A DNA stretch of 64,000 bases from Gammaproteobacteria bacterium (GTDB lineage Bacteria; Pseudomonadota; Gammaproteobacteria; Pseudomonadales; JAUIET01), in contig JAUIHW010000003.1 in assembly GCA_030431775.1 (NCBI GenBank), forward strand, positions 109,190-173,189, read 5' to 3'. The notes below the pieces were generated by a model. The model was not told the DNA's origin. It did no database searches and saw nothing but the letters and a program-made list of their open reading frames with translations. Below, in pieces: positions 39,635 to 48,904 of this stretch; positions within the stretch are counted from its first letter, which is position 1, and the number at the start of each line of letters is the position of its first letter. The position numbers and the translations under genes are program-made.

Positions 39635-40237
39635 ATGCCTGCGATGACCAACAGCGATCCCAACCTGAAGCTTGACCGGTACCTGGCTGCGAAACTGCGC
39701 CAGGAACGGCAGTCACAGGGCCTGAAGATTATCGATGTCGCGCAATTGGCCGGCATCAGCCAGGGCATGCTAAGCCGTATCGAGAATGCCCAGGTATCAA
39801 CCAGCCTGGAAACCCTGCACAAAGTCTGCAAGGCGCTTGGTTTGCATTTATCCACCCTGTTTAACGATTTCGAACGCCCCGAAGGCTCTGCCCAGCTGGT
39901 CAAGCGGGGCCAGGGGCTTGAGGTTGTCAAACGCGGCACCGAGCGCGGGCACACCTACCATTTACTGTGCTACCACCTGGGGCCACACCGCAACATAGAG
40001 CCATTTCTGGTTACCATGGACGATGCCAGCGAAGTGTTTCCCACCTTTGCCCACCCCGGCACGGAATTCATCCATTTACTGGAAGGCGAGTTGATCTACC
40101 GGCACGGCAATCACACCTACCATTTGCAAGCGGGCGACAGCCTGACTTTCGAAGGTGAAATACCGCACGGTCCTGAAGAACTGCGCCAGGTGCCCATTCG
40201 CTTGCTGTCGGTCATGAACTACGGCGAGCCCCTTTAA
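39635..40237 (+). CDS. XRE-family HTH plus cupin transcriptional regulator (PuuR-like architecture)
   Basis: LRQERQSQGLKIIDVAQLAGISQGMLSRIENAQ is the HTH_XRE domain. HPGTEFIHLLEGELIYRHGNHTYHLQAGDSLTFEGEIPHG is the cupin domain. Confidence 0.85.
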   Translation: MPAMTNSDPNLKLDRYLAAKLRQERQSQGLKIIDVAQLAGISQGMLSRIENAQVSTSLETLHKVCKALGLHLSTLFNDFERPEGSAQLVKRGQGLEVVKRGTERGHTYHLLCYHLGPHRNIEPFLVTMDDASEVFPTFAHPGTEFIHLLEGELIYRHGNHTYHLQAGDSLTFEGEIPHGPEELRQVPIRLLSVMNYGEPL

Positions 40238-40321
40238 CAACGCGACGCTCTCGCACTTTCCAAGCCTTTGCCCCCCAAAGGTGCCTTCCCGCACTGGATA
40301 AATATCGGTCATATCATTTAT

Positions 40322-40350
40322 TTGATATTCTATATGATCGATGATATAAA
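40322..40350 (+). promoter_or_regulatory. Candidate sigma70 promoter of the TonB-receptor gene (-35 TTGATA, 17-nt spacer, -10 TATAAA)
   Basis: Read directly: TTGATA at 40322-40327 and TATAAA at 40345-40350. The promoter overlaps the 16-mer shared with 50764-50779. Confidence 0.4.
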
Positions 40351-40475
40351 GCCCTTCAAGGCTTCCCTGACAAAGGTGGCTTATGAACTTGTTGGCCCAT
40401 TCAGGTTGTCACGCAATGGCCGGCGCGTTTCTCATCACCAGCAGCAATCGATTCGAACAGCAACGAGGTATCACA

Positions 40476-42629
40476 ATGAAAACGCTCAAGCAGAACAGTA
40501 AACCGCTCGTCCTGGCAGTGCCTTTGCTCATGGCACCCATGGCGGTCAATAGCGCAGGAATGCTCGAAGAAATCATCGTATCGGCGCAAAAGCGACAGGA
40601 GAGCCTGCAAGACGTTAATCTCGCCGTTTCCGCAGTGACCGGTGACCGTATGGAAGAGTTCCAGATCGATACCGTTGAGGATCTGCAGGGCATGGTCCCG
40701 TCCTTGTCCGCCGGCAACGACTTTGCCTTCGCAAAAATATTTATCCGTGGTATCGGGCTGAACAGCTCTTTTGCCGGTGTTGATCCTTCCGTAGCCTTAC
40801 ACGTCGATGGCGCGGTGAATTCTCTGTCTTATTCGCAGCTTGGCTCATTTTTCGATCTGGATCGAGTAGAGGTTTTGCGCGGTCCACAGGGTACTTTATA
40901 CGGCCGGAACGCTACCGGCGGGGCGATCAACCTGATCACCCGCAAACCAAGCGAGGAGTATGAAGGCTATGTGCGGGTAACGGCCGGTACAGATTCTCTG
41001 TTGCGCACCGAAGCCGCAGTCGGTGGTCCATTGACCGACAGGATACTGGGCCGCATCTCGGTCAAGCACACCGACCGGGATGGCTACGGCATTAATGAAC
41101 TGTCAGGAAACGACGTGGACGACGCCAATAAAAAATCAGCTCGCGTGCACCTGCAGTTCAACTTCAGTGACGATGTTGATCTGCTGCTTTCCAGTGAATG
41201 GCATGACGAAGACGATGCCGGCCTGGGGCTGAAATACATCGAGTCTCTGTCCAATCTTGACCCGACATTTCTGCCGCCTCCGGGTGCCGGCGGCTTTGCC
41301 GTGGGACAGCGCAATGTAGCGTCGGAGTTAGACAACAAAAACCAGCGTGACTCTGTTTCAACCACCGCAACCTTAAACTGGCGCTTTAACGACCAGTGGC
41401 GCTTGACCTCTATCACCAACTACCGCGACTCGAACGTGCGCCTGCTTCAAGATATTGATTTCTCCACTAATATCAATAATCAGATACAGGATAATCGCAC
41501 CACCAGTGAACAAATCAGCGAGGAATTGCAGCTGCATTATGAAGGTGACCGCATGCGAGGCCTGCTGGCATTCTGGTATTACGATGAACACTTTACCAAT
41601 GCAAATCAGATCGGTTTTGCCCGTGCCGCAGACGGTTTGGTTCGCAATGTGTTCTTCACGGCCGATGTAGATATCGAGTCCATCGCATTGTTCGGCAATT
41701 TTGAATACGATCTCACCGACAACCTGACCTTGAACCTGGGCGGCCGCTGGACCGACGAGGAACGCGGTGGCAACACCCAGCGCGCCATCTTCGCGATCGA
41801 CCTGGATCTGCGCTTCGAGGATGAAGACAGCTTCTCCAACTTCAAGCCTTCAGTAGGCGTTGAATGGCGGCCGAACGAGAACATTCTGACCTATTTCACT
41901 TACTCGGAAGGATTTAAGGGTGGCGCATTCCAGGGCGGTCAGGTAACACCGATTCTTGAGCCCGAGCTTATCGATAATTTTGAAGCCGGCTTTAAGGGTG
42001 AATTTCTCGATCAACGGCTCAAGCTGAATTTGGCCGGCTTCTTCTTCGAAGTTGAGGACATGCAGCTTGACCGGACGCGGGAAACCGCCCCCGGGGTACT
42101 GCTTGGTATCTTTGAAAACGCCGCGTCGGCGGAAGGCTACGGCATCGAAGCGGAGAGCACCTGGCTGGTGACCGAGCAGTTCACCCTGAGCGGCAGTCTG
42201 GCCTGGCTGGAAACCGAGTTCACTGACTACACCACCGACAATCCGATTACCGCTGCAGCTGAGATTATTGACCTGAGCGGTAACTCCTTACGCCAGGCTC
42301 CCGAGTTCAGCTACTTTATTCGCGGTGAGTATGAGCTGCCACTCGCCAATGGAGCGGCGCTGACCTTTGGAGCCAATGCATCCTACAAAAGCCGTCAGTA
42401 CTACACGGAGTTTAACGACGACATCACCAGCCAGGAAGGCTATACGCTTGTGGACCTGAATGTGATGTACACATCGCCAAATGAAAAACTGACCGTTAAC
42501 GTATGGGGCAAAAACGTTACCGACGAACTGGTTGCAGGTGGGGCGTTTGTGAACGCGCTCGGCAGAGCGATCACCAACACGTATCTGCCGCCTGCAACCG
42601 CGGGCATCACGGTAGGCTATGACTTCTAG
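40476..42629 (+). CDS. TonB-dependent outer-membrane receptor
   Basis: The start MKTLKQNSKPLVLAVPLLMAPMAVNSAG (signal peptide) is at 40476 with a GAGG SD. The plug region is EEIIVSAQKRQESLQDV..VEVLRGPQGTLYGRNATGGAINLIT. The terminal beta-strand is ..GITVGYDF. Confidence 0.9.
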   Translation: MKTLKQNSKPLVLAVPLLMAPMAVNSAGMLEEIIVSAQKRQESLQDVNLAVSAVTGDRMEEFQIDTVEDLQGMVPSLSAGNDFAFAKIFIRGIGLNSSFAGVDPSVALHVDGAVNSLSYSQLGSFFDLDRVEVLRGPQGTLYGRNATGGAINLITRKPSEEYEGYVRVTAGTDSLLRTEAAVGGPLTDRILGRISVKHTDRDGYGINELSGNDVDDANKKSARVHLQFNFSDDVDLLLSSEWHDEDDAGLGLKYIESLSNLDPTFLPPPGAGGFAVGQRNVASELDNKNQRDSVSTTATLNWRFNDQWRLTSITNYRDSNVRLLQDIDFSTNINNQIQDNRTTSEQISEELQLHYEGDRMRGLLAFWYYDEHFTNANQIGFARAADGLVRNVFFTADVDIESIALFGNFEYDLTDNLTLNLGGRWTDEERGGNTQRAIFAIDLDLRFEDEDSFSNFKPSVGVEWRPNENILTYFTYSEGFKGGAFQGGQVTPILEPELIDNFEAGFKGEFLDQRLKLNLAGFFFEVEDMQLDRTRETAPGVLLGIFENAASAEGYGIEAESTWLVTEQFTLSGSLAWLETEFTDYTTDNPITAAAEIIDLSGNSLRQAPEFSYFIRGEYELPLANGAALTFGANASYKSRQYYTEFNDDITSQEGYTLVDLNVMYTSPNEKLTVNVWGKNVTDELVAGGAFVNALGRAITNTYLPPATAGITVGYDF

Positions 42630-42677
42630 CCTCCGATAGGGGCGCGTGCGCGACAGCGGCCCTCAATATCTCAGGCC

Positions 42678-42705
42678 GTTAAGCCCGCGTCCCCCGCGGG
42701 CTTAA
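42678..42705 (+). terminator. 12-bp GC-rich hairpin after the TonB receptor gene (terminator/attenuator-like, no U-tract)
   Basis: gttaagcccgcg-tccc-cgcgggcttaac pairs perfectly. Confidence 0.4.
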
Positions 42706-42788
42706 CAAAGAGCAATGATACCCATGGCATTGTTAAATGCCGGTACAGAACCTGTTTGCAAGGAACACCACGACAGAGGAGACTATTT

Positions 42789-44453
42789 GTGACAACAGAC
42801 AATGCGGTTATTGGCCGCGACTTACTCGCCAGTGCCATCAGCAATGCCGGCATCGACACTGTGTTCACCGTTGCCGGAGGACATTTTCTTCCCACCTATA
42901 ACAGTATCGGTCGTCAGGCTTCGCTGGCTATTGTTGCCGCCCGACACGAGCAGGGCGCCGGCTATATGGCATCGGGCTATGCCTTGACCACAGGCAAACC
43001 AGGTGTTGTGTTTTCCGGTGCACCGGGACCTGGAGCCACCAATCTGATCACAGCAGTCGCCAACGCACATGCCGACTCCATTCCATTACTGGTACTGAGT
43101 GCACAGGTAGATCGCCGCTACATACATCGCAATATTCTGCAGTATTGCGACAACGTTAGTTTGTTCGCGCCATTCTGCAAACGCTCGGTACAAGCAGTCT
43201 CGCTGGAAGAAGTGCCCAACCTGATCGCCACCGGCCTGCAACTGGCAGTGACCGGAAGACCGGGACCAGTTCATATCGCTCTGCCACAGAACCTGCAGGC
43301 AGAGCAAGGAGTGGAAACCACTCTGGACGTGGCCGACAGCAGCCCCTGCCTGCCTTCCAGTCAGGATGTCGATGCGCTGGCGGCCTTGTTGGCGAACAGT
43401 AAAAAGCCGGCCATCCTCGCCGGTCACGGTGTATTGCGTTCCGGCAGTGCCGGGCAATTGGAGAAACTTGCCGCGAGCCTTGGTGCACCGGTTGCCACCA
43501 GTCGTTCCGGCGTTGGCTCCATTAACACAAACAACCCGCTCAGCATGGGGATGCTGGGTTTTTATGGCCCCAACAGTGCCCGCGATGCTATGGCCGCAGC
43601 TGACACGGTGCTGATTATCGGTTGTGCGTTGGGCGAACAGACCACCTTTGGCTGGCGCCCGACACTGTTTGCCGAGGATGCGCAATTGATCCAGGTCGAT
43701 GCCGATGCCTCGCAAATCAATCGCGTTTACCCGGTTAAGCAAGGCATCGTCTGCGATGCAGGCAGCCTGCTGGATGCGCTCGACGGTCAATTCACCGGGA
43801 AACGCGAGGCCTGGTTCAGCGGCAAGCCAGAGCGCTCCGCACCACAGAATAACCCGGCGCAGGGTCTGAGCGCCGCCGAGGTGATGCAAACGCTAAATCA
43901 ACAGGCCAGTGACAAGACCATCGTAACGGCCGATATCGGTAATCATCGACTTTGGGTGTGTGAGCAACTGGACATCAAGCGGCCTGAGGCCTTACTGCAG
44001 TCCTGTGAATTCGATGCGATGGGTTTCAGCCTTCCCGCTGCCATCGGCGCCTGCGTTGCAGAGCCGACCACCCGTATCATTTCGATTTCAGGCGATGGAG
44101 GTTTTGTTCACACCATGGGTGAGCTGGCCGTAGCGAAAGAGCTGGGCGTGTCGCTGGTGGCCATTGTTTTTGTCGACGGTGCCCTGGGTATTCTTAAGCA
44201 CCAGGCCGAGGAAATGTATGGCGAGCACCATTTTGTACGCCTCGAATCGATCGATTTTGCCAAAGTGGCGGATGCCATGGGCGTACCCAGTCGCACGGTC
44301 GCTGAAACAGCCGCACTGGATGATGCGTTCACCTGGGCTATGCAGGCAGACGGGCCTGTACTGTTATCGGTGCAAATCGACCCTGATGAAATTTTTCCGC
44401 CGCTCAGAACCAAAATCGAGCAGCGAAAAATAGACCTGCTGGGCAAGAAGTAA
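42789..44453 (+). CDS. Thiamine-diphosphate-dependent enzyme (acetolactate-synthase-like fold; substrate unknown)
   Basis: The likely GTG start at 42789 is 8 nt after a GGAG. ..HEQGAGYMASGYALTTGKPGVVFSGAPGPGATNLITAVANAHADSIPLLVL.. is present, along with the ThDP motif ISGDGGFVHTMGELAVA.. Confidence 0.85.
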   Translation: MTTDNAVIGRDLLASAISNAGIDTVFTVAGGHFLPTYNSIGRQASLAIVAARHEQGAGYMASGYALTTGKPGVVFSGAPGPGATNLITAVANAHADSIPLLVLSAQVDRRYIHRNILQYCDNVSLFAPFCKRSVQAVSLEEVPNLIATGLQLAVTGRPGPVHIALPQNLQAEQGVETTLDVADSSPCLPSSQDVDALAALLANSKKPAILAGHGVLRSGSAGQLEKLAASLGAPVATSRSGVGSINTNNPLSMGMLGFYGPNSARDAMAAADTVLIIGCALGEQTTFGWRPTLFAEDAQLIQVDADASQINRVYPVKQGIVCDAGSLLDALDGQFTGKREAWFSGKPERSAPQNNPAQGLSAAEVMQTLNQQASDKTIVTADIGNHRLWVCEQLDIKRPEALLQSCEFDAMGFSLPAAIGACVAEPTTRIISISGDGGFVHTMGELAVAKELGVSLVAIVFVDGALGILKHQAEEMYGEHHFVRLESIDFAKVADAMGVPSRTVAETAALDDAFTWAMQADGPVLLSVQIDPDEIFPPLRTKIEQRKIDLLGKK

Positions 44454-44471
44454 CGGGAGTAGAATACAGCC

Positions 44472-45068
44472 ATGTTGGAAAAAGAAATTCGCAAATTACA
44501 CATTACGGTAGAAGAATTGCACACGGAGGCTGACCGCCCGGTGTCACCGCCGCTGAAGACCGCACTGGTCGCCGCAGTGATGCGCAACCCCTGGGCCGGT
44601 CAACCTTTTGTTGAAGACCTACGTGAGGAGATTAGACGCTTCGCGGCAGACCTTGGTGCCTTACTGGGTGACAAGCTGCTGGAAACTTTTGGCTCGGCAG
44701 AGGCCATACAGTCCTGCGGCAAGGCTTCTGTGGTCGGTGTCAATGGTGAGCTGGAGCATGCTTCAGCCATGGTGCACACGCTGCTGTTCGGCGAGCAAAT
44801 CCGCAAGCGTATCGATGGCAAAAGCACATTGGTGTTTGCCAACACCCGCGGTGGCCCCGGCACTACCATTACGGTGCCGATGGTCAGCAAACTGGAGTTA
44901 TTGACACGCTCACATTACCACACTGTGACCAGCAATATTGATGATGCGCCGCGTGCCGATGAAGTGGTTGTGGCAATAGCCGGTGCCAGCGGCGGCCGCC
45001 CGTTTCCACGTATTGGCAATCGCGACATTGATATGCAGGATATTGAGGCAGCACGCTCGCAGGACTAA
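44472..45068 (+). CDS. AA_synth (DUF1185, 'amino acid synthesis') family protein of unknown biochemical function
   Basis: ..IRKLHITVEELHTEADRPVSPPLKTALVAAVMRNPWAG..GKASVVGVNGELEHASAMVHT..TITVPMVSK.. matches my recollection of PF06684; not verified by search. Confidence 0.6.
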   Translation: MLEKEIRKLHITVEELHTEADRPVSPPLKTALVAAVMRNPWAGQPFVEDLREEIRRFAADLGALLGDKLLETFGSAEAIQSCGKASVVGVNGELEHASAMVHTLLFGEQIRKRIDGKSTLVFANTRGGPGTTITVPMVSKLELLTRSHYHTVTSNIDDAPRADEVVVAIAGASGGRPFPRIGNRDIDMQDIEAARSQD

Positions 45069-45109
45069 ATAGCACGTGCATAAGGGCGGCCAGACTGCCG
45101 CCGCCTAAC

Positions 45110-45778
45110 CTATTTTTTTATCTGGCTGCCCACGGTGCCGAGGTCCTGCTCCAGCTGTTGCAGTGCGTGTGCGCGATGAACATCCAGAAGCTCAATGAGC
45201 AGCTCGGCCTTACCGTCCTCGGCGGCGGCAATGATTTCTCGGTGTTCTCGATCGGTTCGCTCCCGATTCTCTGGCAGCATGAAAAAGCGCGAACAGTAGG
45301 ATTCGGACGAATCCCATAACCAGCCAATCAGCCGCAGCAAATGAGGCATGCTCGCAGCTTCCATCAGGGTAAAGTGCAGACGTCGATTGGCGGCCTTCAC
45401 CTGCAATACATCACTACCGCCGCTTTCCATTTCTTCCGCGGCAGCCCGCATCTGTTGCAGGTCCGAATCAGTCAGTTTCGGCAGGGCATTGCGAATAGCC
45501 TCCGCCTCCAGAATCGAGCGCAGCTTGTGAATTTCCTTCAGATCCGCCAGATCGAGTTCAACGACAAGGTAACCACGGTGCGGGCGATACTTTACCTGAC
45601 CCTCTCCCTCCAGGATCCGTAAAGCCTCGCGCACTGGCACGGCCGATACGCCCAGTTGTTCGCCGATCGCATCCGGCCGGATAGCGTCACCAGGTTGGAT
45701 CACGCCGTTCAGCAAGCGTTCCCTGATCTCCAGCAAAACGGCTTCCTGAGCAGTCTTCGGACGTTCAAACCTGTTCAC
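45110..45778 (-). CDS. GntR family transcriptional regulator (FadR/FCD subfamily)
   Basis: IRERLLNGVIQPGDAIRPDAIGEQLGVSAVPVREALRILEGEGQV is the winged helix, followed by a helical FCD-like C-terminal domain. Confidence 0.9.
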   Translation of the reverse strand: MNRFERPKTAQEAVLLEIRERLLNGVIQPGDAIRPDAIGEQLGVSAVPVREALRILEGEGQVKYRPHRGYLVVELDLADLKEIHKLRSILEAEAIRNALPKLTDSDLQQMRAAAEEMESGGSDVLQVKAANRRLHFTLMEAASMPHLLRLIGWLWDSSESYCSRFFMLPENRERTDREHREIIAAAEDGKAELLIELLDVHRAHALQQLEQDLGTVGSQIKK

Positions 45779-45846
45779 TGATGTTCAAACCCTCATGTAA
45801 GCAAAAGCCCGCGTATTTTATACATTTATAGCTGCATGAACAGCGA

Positions 45847-47022
45847 CTAGTGGTTACTCCGATACTCAATATCAGCCACCCGGCGCGCTCTTAGCGTGCA
45901 CAGTGACCCATTGACCCGAACCTGCCCATCCGTTAGGACAACCGCAACACCCGGGAACTCACCTTCGGCCAGTGCGGCTGTAGCGTTCTCCTCACAGGAA
46001 CCAAGCGATGCATCGATCACCACAAGATCTGCCGCCGCCCCGATTTCCACTGTATTACCTTCCACGCCGAAGGCTCTTGCACCCTGACCCGAAGCCACCG
46101 CCCAGACCCGTTCGGGTGAGACATCGGCCAGAGAACATATATCACCGATCGTTTTCAGAATTCCCAACGGCGCCACCCCGTAACCGGTTGGTGTGTCGGT
46201 ACCAATGAGTAAGCGGTGCAGAGCATTTTTTTCAAGCAGACGATTCACGACCCGCAGCATCTTTTTGACTCCGCCAGCCTGTACCACTTCCACATATGGC
46301 GGGCCATCATCGTCGCAGAGCAGATCAACATCCTCATCAGACAACGACGCAAAAGTATTGGCGTGTGACGCGATCGATGGCTGAACAAGCTGCACGTCCC
46401 CGGCTGAAAAATGGGGGTGTGCATCACCGCCCGGGCCACGATCCGACGTACAACCGCAATGCATGTGGACAGTCATACCCAGGTTACGCGCATACAAAGA
46501 CAGTTCACCGGAGCGCACCGGGTCCTTGAGGGAACCGATGCCTACTTCGCCGATAATACGCATTCCTGAGGCGAAGGCTTGATCTATGTGATGAAATTCA
46601 GTGTCTGTCTCGAACAGCATGGCGCCGCCATGCACCCGGATTCCCAAGGGCCGGAACGATTGAAAAGAATAAAAAGCGGCTTGCGCAATGGCCAGCGCAC
46701 TGTCAGCACCTGTGCGCCCGGGCACATGCACCTCGCCGGCTGATATTGCCCGTGTTACCGCGCCATGCACCATACGCTCAAGAAACCCGATCGATTGCTG
46801 TTTAGTACCCCAGTCGCCAATGGTCGGATGGATGTGCGTATCAACCAGACCAGGGGCAACCACCATACCCTTACAGTCAATGATGGTATCGGGATTTGGC
46901 GCCGATGCCGCGTCGAAGCTGCTTATTACACCATCTTCGATGACAATAGTATCCGCTTCCACGGTCGGGGAACCCAATATACCGCTGTAGGTCTGGCCGA
47001 TATTATGTAAAACGGTTTGCAT
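45847..47022 (-). CDS. Metal-dependent amidohydrolase superfamily protein (enamidase-like size and layout)
   Basis: An N-terminal beta-sandwich is followed by the APGLVDTHIHP (HxH) metal motif, then ..VHMHCG.. and ..LIGTDTP.. (Asp). Confidence 0.75.
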   Translation of the reverse strand: MQTVLHNIGQTYSGILGSPTVEADTIVIEDGVISSFDAASAPNPDTIIDCKGMVVAPGLVDTHIHPTIGDWGTKQQSIGFLERMVHGAVTRAISAGEVHVPGRTGADSALAIAQAAFYSFQSFRPLGIRVHGGAMLFETDTEFHHIDQAFASGMRIIGEVGIGSLKDPVRSGELSLYARNLGMTVHMHCGCTSDRGPGGDAHPHFSAGDVQLVQPSIASHANTFASLSDEDVDLLCDDDGPPYVEVVQAGGVKKMLRVVNRLLEKNALHRLLIGTDTPTGYGVAPLGILKTIGDICSLADVSPERVWAVASGQGARAFGVEGNTVEIGAAADLVVIDASLGSCEENATAALAEGEFPGVAVVLTDGQVRVNGSLCTLRARRVADIEYRSNH

Positions 47023-47060
47023 ATACCCCTCCTGTTTCCGTCTGCCAATGCCTGTTAGTG

Positions 47061-48044
47061 TCAGATGTTTGGCATGATTTCTTTAACAAACAAATCAATC
47101 TGGGCTTCATCCTCGACGAGCGGATTGAACATAAGATGTTGCACGCCGGCCTCCCTGATCCGGCCAATCCTCGCAATCAGATCATCGATGGTTCCAAACA
47201 GATAGGAATGCTGCAGATCCTGGTCGGTACGTCGATGATCCATCACGGTGCGATACGCTGCCAACTGCTCCTCGATAGCCTTGTCCCTGTCGCTGGTTTC
47301 AACAACATGGATCCACTGGGCGTGAGCGACCGTGAAATCGTCCAAACCTTTTACCTTGTCCAGATGTTTGGTTACCGTGCTGATATCCTTTTGCAGGATA
47401 CTCTCGTCAGTACCACTGGATCGGCAAATCCAACCCGAATTGCGCGTGATCCGCTCAAGTACTGCCGGAGCCATATTCGGCAAATCAAAGTTGGTGGCCA
47501 TATGGACCTGCGAGCCTCCGCCAATCCAGATTGGAATTGGTTTTTCCGGCCGCGGGTAAAGAGTGATGCCATTTACCTGATAGTACTTACCCTCGTAGTG
47601 AACATCATCTTCGGTCCACAGGCGCTGGATCAGCTCAAGGGCCTCGTCAGTACGCTTGCCTCGTTCTTTTTTGGAGACGCCTACCGAATCAAACTCCAGT
47701 TCATCATGGCCGGTACCGACGCCCAGGATCATACGGCCGCCGCCAGCTAGATGGTCGATACTTGCAACTTCCTTGGCTGTCATCGTTGGGTGACGCATTG
47801 GCGCGCACAGAATGGACGTTCCCAACTTGATGCGCTCAGTGCAGCCGGCGACCGCCGCCAGTGTAATCAGCGGGTCCAGCCAGGCGGTGGAGTATACATT
47901 CGGCGCCACCAGCAGGTGATCAATGACCCAAATGGCTTCAAAGCCTGAGTCTTCCACTTTTTTGCAATACGGTACCAGCCCGCGAGAGACGGAAGCAGGC
48001 CCCCCTTCACGAGCATAGGACGGAATCCTCCACCCAATATCCAT
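47061..48044 (-). CDS. LLM-class oxidoreductase (resembles the F420-dependent Rv2161c-type subfamily)
   Basis: ..GFEAIWVIDHLL..IKLGTSILCAPMRHPTMTAKEVASIDHLAGGGRMILGVGTGHDELEF..RTDEALELIQRLWTEDDVHYEGKYYQV..PIPIWIGGGS.. Confidence 0.7.
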   Translation of the reverse strand: MDIGWRIPSYAREGGPASVSRGLVPYCKKVEDSGFEAIWVIDHLLVAPNVYSTAWLDPLITLAAVAGCTERIKLGTSILCAPMRHPTMTAKEVASIDHLAGGGRMILGVGTGHDELEFDSVGVSKKERGKRTDEALELIQRLWTEDDVHYEGKYYQVNGITLYPRPEKPIPIWIGGGSQVHMATNFDLPNMAPAVLERITRNSGWICRSSGTDESILQKDISTVTKHLDKVKGLDDFTVAHAQWIHVVETSDRDKAIEEQLAAYRTVMDHRRTDQDLQHSYLFGTIDDLIARIGRIREAGVQHLMFNPLVEDEAQIDLFVKEIMPNI

Positions 48045-48097
48045 TCAACTTCTCCTGTACTAACAATATTTATTTTTCGTAAGCATGCAATAGCAGC

Positions 48098-48904
48098 TTA
48101 CACCGATACGCCGGTAGAACCGCTCTTCGAGCGTTTGCCATACAGACGTTTCTCAACCAGGCCATAGATCAACTCATGGCACTTATCCAGCGTTACACCA
48201 AGGGCGGTTAACAGCACAAAGGCGACAAACATGAGCTCAGTGTCGAGAGTTCCCTGGGAAACAATGATTAATGCACCAAGCCCCTTGTTGGCCCCAACAT
48301 ATTCCGCGACCACCGCCCCCACCAGGCTGAGCATCAGAGCAACGCGAAGGCCGCTGAAAATGGCGGGAATGGCATGCGGAAACTTGAGCTTGAACAGGGT
48401 TGTGCGCCGCGACGCGCGCAACGCCTTAAACAGCTCCAATTGATCCGAAGATGTGCTGGTCAAGCCAAGGTAAGTGTTCTCCATCAACGGGAAAAAGGCG
48501 ATCAGGGCAGCTATTACCACTTTTGGCCCCATTCCAAACCCAAACCAGATCACCAGGATGGGTGCGAGGGCAAACTTTGGCAGCGCCTGAGTAATAATGA
48601 CATAAGGCATGATCACGCGCCGGGCAATACTGACCTCGGCGGCTAGTACGCCGATGCCAATACCAAGAATGCTCCCAACCGCGAATCCGGCCAGAATTTC
48701 CTGCGTGGTCAGCCAGATGTGTGGCCAGGCTCTACCGCTACCGACAAATTCAACCAATCGGGTGGCTACAGCCCAGGGACTGGGCAAAATCAGAGAAGAC
48801 GTTTGCGCCGCCAGGAAATGCCACAACAACAACAACAGCACAGCGGAAACCACCACCAGAATGCGGCCCAGCCACTTCTCTGACAACCAGCCTTTACCAT
48901 TCAT
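48098..48904 (-). CDS. ABC transporter permease (NitT/TauT family)
   Basis: Six hydrophobic helices and a 4-nt overlap with the ATPase gene. Confidence 0.85.
   Translation of the reverse strand: MNGKGWLSEKWLGRILVVVSAVLLLLLWHFLAAQTSSLILPSPWAVATRLVEFVGSGRAWPHIWLTTQEILAGFAVGSILGIGIGVLAAEVSIARRVIMPYVIITQALPKFALAPILVIWFGFGMGPKVVIAALIAFFPLMENTYLGLTSTSSDQLELFKALRASRRTTLFKLKFPHAIPAIFSGLRVALMLSLVGAVVAEYVGANKGLGALIIVSQGTLDTELMFVAFVLLTALGVTLDKCHELIYGLVEKRLYGKRSKSGSTGVSV

Noticed and set aside
40238-40475. Possible riboswitch or Fur box in the 238-bp leader of the TonB receptor
   Set aside because: I could not find a B12-box, ThDP-box or other riboswitch core. The AT-rich segment matches the GATAATGATAATCATTATC Fur consensus only loosely. 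The neighbouring genes are catabolic and not related to iron.
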